Origin: a virus
Direction: 5' to 3' (one strand)
Length of the DNA: 5,553 nt
Virus record (IMG/VR): IMGVR_UViG_3300020182_000005
Span: 1 to 5,553 of that record
Below the pieces are notes generated by a model. That model did no database searches and was not told the origin of the DNA. It saw nothing but the letters and a program-made list of their open reading frames with translations. The stretch's first letter is position 1. Each line of letters begins with the position of its first letter. The position numbers were made by a program, and so were the translations under genes. This document shows, piece after piece, positions 1 through 5,182 of the stretch.

Positions 1-24
1 CCTCGGCGTAGGTTCGCCGTCGTT
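1..24. repeat. Terminal direct repeat, copy 1 (circular-assembly overlap)
   Basis: cctcggcgtaggttcgccgtcgtt at 1-24 is identical to 5530-5553. The Rep reading frame runs straight through the junction, as expected for a circle opened inside a gene. Confidence 0.95.
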
Positions 25-1021
25 GTATTTGTTGTCCTTGTTTTATTGTTTTTATTACTTCTGGTCTTTTTTCGTGCCATTCGTCATTCTCCGTTAGTAT
101 TTGCAATCCTGTTTTATTTTTGTCTTCCCAATATACTATTGGTATTCCATCATATGTTGCTTCCACCATATGTATATCTTTAAATATTCCGTCTCCTTGT
201 CCTTCGATCCAAGGTTCTACATATTTTACTGGTTTATAATGTAGGCGTTCGTACATTTCCTCGTCGGTGTACTCTATTTCCGTTATATCGTCGTAGTAAT
301 CTGTTACTAATTCGGATAACGGTTCGTGTGAATATTTGTCTTCCCACTCGTTGACAAAAGTTTTCATGAAATTTTCTCTTGTTTTGCCTTGCATCATAAA
401 CCCTTTCTCTCTGTTTTTATAATCTCTCACATCCCCAAACTTATAAAAATATGTTTGCGGTGCGAGTGCTTGTTCAGCATATTGCTTCGCTAATTGTTGA
501 AAAAACTCGTGTCCTAATGGTGGTTTTTTGCTCATAGCCAAATGGCTATCGCTTTGCCTTGATGTTTGATCTTTCAGAACATATTTAAGGCAATATTCAA
601 AACCTTTCCAATCTGGCTCTTGAAAATATGCAAACCCATGTTTCCAATATTTCCAATCTACCCTTTTGTTTGACGTCACTTCTGGCCAATTATCCTGAAA
701 GAATAATATTATATGCCAATGTGATCGTCCTTTTGCGCTACCGTATTCTCCGGTAACGATGTAACGAACTTTATAATTTTTACGCAGTCTTTTGAGAAAA
801 TCTTGAACGTCTTTATAAACTAATGTTACTGCATGAACTTTTTCGTGCTCTTTTAATTTATCATCTCCATACGTTAATGTTACTGCGTAAGTTTTCTTTG
901 AAAACTTACTTTCGGCAATGCATCTTCCAACGTAATCGTTAACTCTACGTTTGCGGCATTGCCAGCATTCGCGACACCCAACTTCCGTACCATCATCTAA
1001 TTTTGTTGGTGCTATGCACAT
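1..1021 (-). CDS. Rolling-circle replication initiator (HUH endonuclease, phiX174 A / gokushovirus VP4 type), first 340 codons. The CDS continues across the circular junction to a stop at 5503-5501 (349 aa in total).
   Basis: Missing from the ORF track because it runs off the window edge. On the minus strand the ATG is at 1021-1019, with an in-frame stop upstream at 1051-1049. I read every in-frame triplet from 1021 to 2 and found no stop. Translation: MCIAPTKLDDGTEVGCRECWQCRKRRVNDYVGRC...KKTYAVTLTYGD...EYGSAKGRSHWHIILFFQ...WKGFEYCLKYVLKDQ... It carries an N-terminal Cys cluster (C-x13-C-x2-C-x2-C), RCR motif 1 (TLTY), an HUH motif (HWH followed by hydrophobic residues) and the two-tyrosine motif Y-C-L-K-Y. 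The SD is weak (AGGA, 12 nt upstream). Confidence 0.93.
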   Translation of the reverse strand, partial: MCIAPTKLDDGTEVGCRECWQCRKRRVNDYVGRCIAESKFSKKTYAVTLTYGDDKLKEHEKVHAVTLVYKDVQDFLKRLRKNYKVRYIVTGEYGSAKGRSHWHIILFFQDNWPEVTSNKRVDWKYWKHGFAYFQEPDWKGFEYCLKYVLKDQTSRQSDSHLAMSKKPPLGHEFFQQLAKQYAEQALAPQTYFYKFGDVRDYKNREKGFMMQGKTRENFMKTFVNEWEDKYSHEPLSELVTDYYDDITEIEYTDEEMYERLHYKPVKYVEPWIEGQGDGIFKDIHMVEATYDGIPIVYWEDKNKTGLQILTENDEWHEKRPEVIKTIKQGQQIQRRRTYAE

Positions 1022-1089
1022 ATTTACTGCTGTTCCTGTAGTTTGGTGTCACTAAATGCATATCTTAACAAGGGTAGGGATATCTGGTC

Positions 1090-1132
1090 GGCAAACGGAA
1101 CTCCAATACTTGGAGTTTCCGTTCCGTTTGCC
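1090..1132. other. Long imperfect stem-loop (~17 bp, 3-nt loop, 5-6 nt bulge) in the peptidase-Rep intergenic region
   Basis: GGCAAACGGAA(C) at 1090-1101 pairs with (G)TTCCGTTTGCC at 1121-1132. The inner stem is CTCCAA (1101-1106) with TTGGAG (1110-1115), loop TAC. The right arm contains a tandem TTCCG TTCCG (1117-1126) that allows two slipped alternative pairings. No U-tract follows on the coding strand. Confidence 0.7.
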
Positions 1133-1136
1133 TCGT

Positions 1137-1154
1137 GTAAGTTATTCAACTTAC
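1137..1154. other. Short AT-rich stem-loop just after the peptidase stop codon
   Basis: GTAAGTT (1137-1143) pairs with AACTTAC (1148-1154), 4-nt loop ATTC. On the plus strand TGTTTTTTATTTG follows. Confidence 0.5.
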
Positions 1155-1160
1155 TGTTTT

Positions 1161-1697
1161 TTATTTGATTTGGTCTTGCCAATTGTCTATTTCCCAATGT
1201 GCGGGATCGTAGAAATTCCAATCTCCGCCCCAATCTAATTTAATATTTCTTTTACGCGCTATTTCTTTGCCGACTGCTCCTATACAGTCCCATTCTTTTT
1301 TGCTTAATTGCCACGCGCGTGTGGCGTGAATTATATCCACGGCCATTCCATATTGATGCGCGCCAAATCCAGCAGAAGCTTTGCTTCTGCCTTTGTCATA
1401 TAACTCTTGTTGCCGTTCTGCAGATCGTACAAATTCAAACGCTCGAATTGGTATATTCCGTCGCTTCATTGCTTTGGAAAAGGCTTTCCAAAACTCGATT
1501 ATATCAGGGTGTACCCCTTGATAATCGTTTTCCGTCTGCTGAATTTTAACCCAGAGTGATTTTGATGCATTAGGTTCTGCTAATGATCTTGCCGCTTCTA
1601 CGTGTGTTCTATGCACAAATTCGTCCCTGTGCCAGAATTGGATACGGTCAATAAACCGTATCCATCGTAGAAACTTACTCGGGGGTTTCTCCTGCAT
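1161..1697 (-). CDS. Zinc metallopeptidase of the M15 family (VanY-like / phage L-alanyl-D-glutamate endopeptidase type); putative peptidoglycan hydrolase (endolysin or entry enzyme)
   Basis: 178-aa ORF. Signature blocks read directly from the translation are FVRSAERQQELY (R-S-x3-Q-x2-L-Y), SAGFGAHQYGMAVDI (H-x6-D zinc ligands) and KLDWGGDWNFYDPAHWE (WGGDW ... D-x-x-H-W-E, third ligand/catalytic pair). I know this arrangement from the T5 endolysin, the Ply500 catalytic domain and VanY relatives. There is no N-terminal signal peptide or TM segment. The ATG at 1697 has AGAGG 12 nt upstream and overlaps the preceding gene by 23 nt. Confidence 0.88.
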   Translation of the reverse strand: MQEKPPSKFLRWIRFIDRIQFWHRDEFVHRTHVEAARSLAEPNASKSLWVKIQQTENDYQGVHPDIIEFWKAFSKAMKRRNIPIRAFEFVRSAERQQELYDKGRSKASAGFGAHQYGMAVDIIHATRAWQLSKKEWDCIGAVGKEIARKRNIKLDWGGDWNFYDPAHWEIDNWQDQIK

Positions 1698-2202
1698 GTT
1701 CTGCTTCTGCCTCTAGTGGCGCTTCAACTACTGTTTCCGCTTCTGCTTTAATTTTTGCAACTTCAGCTCTTAATGCGGCTCTTTCGGCCTGTAGCTGTGC
1801 GTTGCGTTGCGTTTCATTATGTTTCATAAATGCTACCATTCGATCAAACTCAGTTGAGTTATTTATGCGTGGCTCTATCGATGTAAAACTTGGTTTATCA
1901 GTATTTTCTACTGCTTGATCCAAGTCTGGTATATTTACAAATATATCAGCTGATTTTTCAGCTTTGATTTGCACGTATGTTGTTGCAGGTGCTGTGTATT
2001 GAATCTGAGTTTTGCCTGGTAAAGTTGTTCCAACTAAAACTGAATCAGTCATTTTATTGTCGTTTGCTACCCAAACTTCAATATTGCTGTTTGCTGTTAC
2101 TTCAAATTTTACGTGTCTTGGTTTACTTGAGACAAATTTTAACACTTTGCCTGGTAAAGTTTTTGACCAGGTATTTATATTGCCGTGTTTTATTCTATTC
2201 AT
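1675..2202 (-). CDS. Hypothetical 175-aa protein in the position usually held by the internal scaffolding protein (VP3-like candidate; function unproven)
   Basis: ATG at 2202 preceded by AAAAAGGAAAATAGAAA (an SD-like AGGA 9 nt upstream). It lies immediately after the capsid gene and its hairpin. The N-terminal half looks beta-rich, with two TLPGK-containing segments. The C-terminal ~50 aa are Ala/Glu-rich, helical and acidic (AQLQAERAALRAEVAKIKAEAETVVEAPLEAEAEHAGETPE). PSFTSIEPR...EFDRMVAFMK only weakly recalls the gokushovirus VP3 motif. Confidence 0.7.
   Translation of the reverse strand: MNRIKHGNINTWSKTLPGKVLKFVSSKPRHVKFEVTANSNIEVWVANDNKMTDSVLVGTTLPGKTQIQYTAPATTYVQIKAEKSADIFVNIPDLDQAVENTDKPSFTSIEPRINNSTEFDRMVAFMKHNETQRNAQLQAERAALRAEVAKIKAEAETVVEAPLEAEAEHAGETPE
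2011..2026. repeat. 16-nt perfect direct repeat, copy A (TTTGCCTGGTAAAGTT), inside the 175-aa ORF
   Basis: Identical to 2146-2161. The copies are 135 nt (45 codons) apart and in the same reading frame. Each encodes T-L-P-G-K (residues 60-64 and 15-19). Confidence 0.9.
2146..2161. repeat. 16-nt perfect direct repeat, copy B (TTTGCCTGGTAAAGTT), inside the 175-aa ORF
   Basis: Identical to 2011-2026. Confidence 0.9.
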
Positions 2203-2219
2203 TTTCTATTTTCCTTTTT

Positions 2220-2257
2220 AAAATGAGCAGGGGAGGGGAGGGCTCCCCTGCTTTTTA
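2220..2257. terminator. GC-rich stem-loop between the capsid gene and the next gene; a bidirectional intrinsic-terminator-like element (probably leaky on the coding strand)
   Basis: The stem AGCAGGGGAG (2226-2235) pairs with CTCCCCTGCT (2243-2252), with a 7-nt loop GGGAGGG. On the coding (minus) strand the hairpin is followed by CAUUUUAAAAA. On the plus strand it is followed by TTTTTAT. It starts 5 nt after the VP1 stop. Confidence 0.6.
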
Positions 2258-3928
2258 TCACTTCGCGATACGTGAGGAATCAACTTGCGAAGTAATTGTG
2301 TCGTAATCGCTTGTTGCGTCAGTTTCTTGTAGTCCAGCACCGAATACGGTGTTTCCTACAATTTGCATGTCCGAAAGACATGTAATTTCAAAACTGTCGC
2401 TTATTTGGTCAGCAAATACTTTCTTGTGCAAATTTGAACAAAGATAGAAATCTTCGTTCAAACTCGGTGAGGTTTGCTCGGCAGTCCAAATTTTAGCCCT
2501 GTCCTCGTCAAATGCGTCATTTGCAGGGCGGTAATATTTACCACCTACGTTTACCGCATCTCTTTGCCACTCATGGTTAAGTGGTGCATAACCAAATGTA
2601 CCATCTGGTGTTGCATGGATTACGTCAGCGTGATCATTTTTTACAACTGCCACTTTTTCTGGGTCTAATACATCAGACAAATAGTTAGGTAACGTATCTG
2701 GATCTGTTGTGTATAAGAAATAATCTTTCTTACGTTCCCAGAGTTGCTCTGGCACAATTTCCATGGTCAGCATAATAATTCCACCTGTGTTTAAAGCGGG
2801 AGTTCTAAATGACATATCTACTGTAGCCATACCGTTTGTTGCTGACTTATCCAAATTTGCGCCATCTGTCGCATAACGTTGGTTAAATCCTATCATTGCA
2901 CGTTGACGACCCAATAGTATTGGTTGTTTTAATGATTCTTCAGGCACCCTGATTCCGCTCATAAGTAGGTCGATAATGTGCTCTGATTCCAAACCATCAT
3001 AACGTGCTCTTAATTTAGCAAAAGCCGCTGTTTTACGTGCTTGTTCAATGTCAGCTAATGACATTGTTGCGTTTCCGCCTGTTGTTAACTCTGCATATAT
3101 TTCATCAAATAGATACATATCGCCTTCGTCTATAAGCTCAGCACCAGACATTGCAGGTGAATAACCTAATGTATCTGTTGTTGTATTGTTTGCTGAAGCA
3201 GTTCCCGTAATACTATCACGAGAATATTTTGGTGCTTTTATTGGTGCTTGAAATGTTAATCCCGCAAGTGTGACTTGTCCGTCAATTAAATTCTGGTCAT
3301 AATCTGGTACAATATTTTGCATTCCGTTATTAATCCAAAACGCATCAGCTAATGTGTGATCAAATGCGTTTCTTAATGGTAACGATTTTGATCGTGCTTT
3401 GCGTCTATGGTTTACAATTGCATTATAAGATTCAACAATTGTTGTAGTTACATTACTTGTTGTTTGTGAATGTATACCCATTGTTTGATAAAATTGGGCA
3501 ATTCCACTTGCCGCTTCTGCATCTAAATCTTGGCCATATGTAGACAATGTATTTACTGTATCTGTAGGTACAGCATAAAATTTATTACTTTCAAAAAATG
3601 GTATTACACTACCTGCGGCGCCATTTTCTTTTTTATATGATCGGTTTAATTCGTCCATTGATCCGTTAAAACGGTCAAATGCAAGCATTGGTACGAAATG
3701 CGCGTAAAGAGTTACGCCTACACCATTCATTAACATTTCTGATGTTTCCATCATTTCAACGTTAACTCTAACTTTACCGCTTCGAACGCCGTCTTCGCGG
3801 TGTAACCATTCATACTTCAGTGGCAGGATTTTTCCTGCATCACCCGATGTTAACACTCGGCCTTTTGCACTACGTACAGATTTCTGTACTGCAATAGGTG
3901 AGTTTGGTATCATTTCAGTCATTCTCAT
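2258..3928 (-). CDS. Major capsid protein (Microviridae F / VP1 family)
   Basis: 556-aa ORF. It has a strong SD (AAGGAG, 9 nt upstream of the ATG at 3928). The N-terminal blocks SGDAGKILPLKYEWLHREDG and VTLYAHFVPMLAF match the conserved DAGxLIPI...(L)PGD... and FFVPxRL blocks of gokushovirus-type VP1, as I remember them. Size and genome context also fit. Confidence 0.92.
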   Translation of the reverse strand: MRMTEMIPNSPIAVQKSVRSAKGRVLTSGDAGKILPLKYEWLHREDGVRSGKVRVNVEMMETSEMLMNGVGVTLYAHFVPMLAFDRFNGSMDELNRSYKKENGAAGSVIPFFESNKFYAVPTDTVNTLSTYGQDLDAEAASGIAQFYQTMGIHSQTTSNVTTTIVESYNAIVNHRRKARSKSLPLRNAFDHTLADAFWINNGMQNIVPDYDQNLIDGQVTLAGLTFQAPIKAPKYSRDSITGTASANNTTTDTLGYSPAMSGAELIDEGDMYLFDEIYAELTTGGNATMSLADIEQARKTAAFAKLRARYDGLESEHIIDLLMSGIRVPEESLKQPILLGRQRAMIGFNQRYATDGANLDKSATNGMATVDMSFRTPALNTGGIIMLTMEIVPEQLWERKKDYFLYTTDPDTLPNYLSDVLDPEKVAVVKNDHADVIHATPDGTFGYAPLNHEWQRDAVNVGGKYYRPANDAFDEDRAKIWTAEQTSPSLNEDFYLCSNLHKKVFADQISDSFEITCLSDMQIVGNTVFGAGLQETDATSDYDTITSQVDSSRIAK

Positions 3929-3992
3929 TTGCGTTTTCTCCTTGCAATGATTTTGGTTATAATTTTTCTTATTTTCTTACACTTGGCGCACA

Positions 3993-4871
3993 TTAAAATT
4001 GTGCTTTCATGTAATTGACAAATTTCTTATCTTCTGGCGATAAATTACGTATAGTTCCTAAGGTTTTTTGAGATATTGCACCTGATTTATAATTCATCTG
4101 GCTTTGCAATTTTTTTAATTGCTCTATTGTATTTCCTTTGGTTTTCTTTTCAGCTTTGTAACCATACCAACCAAAAGTTTTTCCCAACTTTTCTCGTAAT
4201 GCTTTTCCTGTAATATCACCGACATGATATGAACCTGCCATTGTTTTAAGCATTCCACCTAATAATAAATTACCCCATTCCATTTCTTCTGTTGGTAATC
4301 TCCATTTTCGACCCCATGGATCAACCCACACATGATCAAGCGATTTTTGATTTGCAGAAAAAACGCTATTTCCATCAGTAACAAATTCATATGTAACTGG
4401 GTCTTGAACTACGTCATAGATTGCAGTGCTATGTTCTGAATTTAATTTTCCGTTTGATAATTTTACAGGTGCTGTTATATCTTTTCCTGTAATTGTAGGT
4501 TCTTCTATTACAGGTGCATTTTTGTTTTTGTGTTTATCATAAGCATCAAATGCATTGAAAAATGCATCTGAACTTAATCGCCCCATAGGAACCTGGTCTC
4601 TATAAAATCCTTGTCCACCTGTTGCTCTTAATACTGTTAACGGATTAAATCCGTTTGCAATTGCGTTGCGTCTTAATTTACCTAAATCTGTTCCAGTTTG
4701 TCGTGCTTGTAATTTTCTGTCGTCTAATGAACTACCTATTTGATAACCTGCGGCTGCACCTTGTGCACCTCCCATCATTGCGCCGCCTGCGGCTAATGTA
4801 TATTTAGCCATTCGTCTTGATTCATCTTCAAATGAACGCAATGCTTGTCTAAATTTTGTTCCAAAACCCAT
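3993..4871 (-). CDS. Minor capsid / DNA pilot protein (VP2- or H-like)
   Basis: 292-aa ORF with an SD (GGGAG, 9 nt upstream of the ATG at 4871). A Gly/Ala-rich hydrophobic segment (LAAGGAMMGGAQGAAAGYQIG) is followed by NGFNPLTVL. This resembles the G/A-rich region plus GLNP-type motif of microvirus VP2 proteins. It lies adjacent to the capsid gene. Confidence 0.78.
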   Translation of the reverse strand: MGFGTKFRQALRSFEDESRRMAKYTLAAGGAMMGGAQGAAAGYQIGSSLDDRKLQARQTGTDLGKLRRNAIANGFNPLTVLRATGGQGFYRDQVPMGRLSSDAFFNAFDAYDKHKNKNAPVIEEPTITGKDITAPVKLSNGKLNSEHSTAIYDVVQDPVTYEFVTDGNSVFSANQKSLDHVWVDPWGRKWRLPTEEMEWGNLLLGGMLKTMAGSYHVGDITGKALREKLGKTFGWYGYKAEKKTKGNTIEQLKKLQSQMNYKSGAISQKTLGTIRNLSPEDKKFVNYMKAQF

Positions 4872-4872
4872 A

Positions 4873-4968
4873 TTATATTACTCCCGCGTTTATCAACGTG
4901 TCCGAGAATAGGGCTAAACCCATTACTATTCCCGCTACTGTTGCAATAATGATGTCTTTTAATTTCAT
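4873..4968 (-). CDS. Small single-pass membrane peptide, 31 aa (MKLKDIIIATVAGIVMGLALFSDTLINAGVI); function unknown
   Basis: Below the ORF-track cutoff. It has an excellent SD (GGAGGTGGATTAA directly before the ATG at 4968). Its ATG overlaps the stop of the upstream small ORF (ATGA at 4968-4965). Its TAA (4875-4873) ends 1 nt before the VP2 ATG. The hydrophobic core IIIATVAGIVMGLALF is flanked by charged residues. Confidence 0.6.
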   Translation of the reverse strand: MKLKDIIIATVAGIVMGLALFSDTLINAGVI

Positions 4969-5144
4969 TTAATCCACCTCCGTGTTATGAGGTCAATCGA
5001 TACTCCCGCTAAAGCGGTAAATCCCAAAACGATACTTTCAGTTGTACCAACTGCAATTCCTGCGCCCGCAAGCGATGCGCCGAGCATTGTACCACATCTA
5101 GTGATAATAGGTTTTAAGATTTGTTTAATTAATAAGATTTGCAA
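4965..5144 (-). CDS. Small hydrophobic Gly/Ala-rich protein: 59 aa from TTG 5144, or 40 aa from ATG 5087 (MLGASLAGAGIAVGTTESIVLGFTALAGVSIDLITRRWIK); function unknown
   Basis: Open minus-strand frame from the stop at 5174-5172 down to TGA at 4967-4965. TTG at 5144 is preceded by GAAGGA plus eight A residues (good SD spacing). The internal ATG at 5087 has no clear SD. There are two short hydrophobic G/A-rich segments and a basic C-terminus (RRWIK). It is the first gene downstream of the non-coding region. The start codon is uncertain. Confidence 0.5.
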   Translation of the reverse strand: MQILLIKQILKPIITRCGTMLGASLAGAGIAVGTTESIVLGFTALAGVSIDLITRRWIK

Positions 5145-5182
5145 TTTTTTTTCCTTCTTATTTAGAAGGGTCTAACTGCTCA

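Noticed and set aside
1-24. I considered the terminal 24-nt direct repeat as a biological terminal repeat or att site.
   Set aside because: The Rep reading frame continues seamlessly across it and the copies are exact. The simplest explanation is the overlap of a circular contig.
1101-1115. Loop region CTCCAATACTTGGAG; I compared it with the phiX174 origin core (CAACTTGATATTAATAAC).
   Set aside because: Only a few scattered bases agree. That is not enough to call a nick site from sequence alone, so it is retained only as a structural hairpin.
1024-1233. Minus-strand 69-aa ORF with a basic N-terminus (MGRRLEFLRSRTLGNRQLARPNQIKNSK...). I considered it as a J / VP5 / VP8-like DNA-binding protein overlapping the peptidase 3' end.
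   Set aside because: It starts at TTG (1233-1231) with no SD-like sequence upstream (AGAAATATTAAATTAGA). It has no internal Met. Half of it is read through the intergenic hairpins. The basic composition could be a by-product of the alternative frame. I kept it only as a low-probability candidate, testable by conservation in relatives.
1056-2668. Plus-strand ORFs from the track: 1056-1238 (60 aa), 1319-1549 (76 aa), 1977-2306 (109 aa), 2012-2221 (69 aa) and 2474-2668 (64 aa).
   Set aside because: All lie antisense to longer minus-strand genes that have recognisable motifs. Their products are low-complexity Leu/Phe/Cys-rich sequences typical of shadow frames in AT-rich DNA. I saw no SD in front of them. 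Microviruses transcribe one strand only.
5041-5097. Minus-strand ATG at 5097 giving a 19-aa peptide (MWYNARRIACGRRNCSWYN).
   Set aside because: It is very short, has no SD, and is out of frame with the hydrophobic ORF that is coupled to the downstream genes.
4987-5175. Plus-strand 62-aa ORF (MRSIDTPAKAV...).
   Set aside because: It is the antisense shadow of the minus-strand small ORFs. Its ATG is preceded by CCACCTCC, the complement of an SD, rather than by an SD. The minus-strand reading has SDs and stop/start coupling into VP2.
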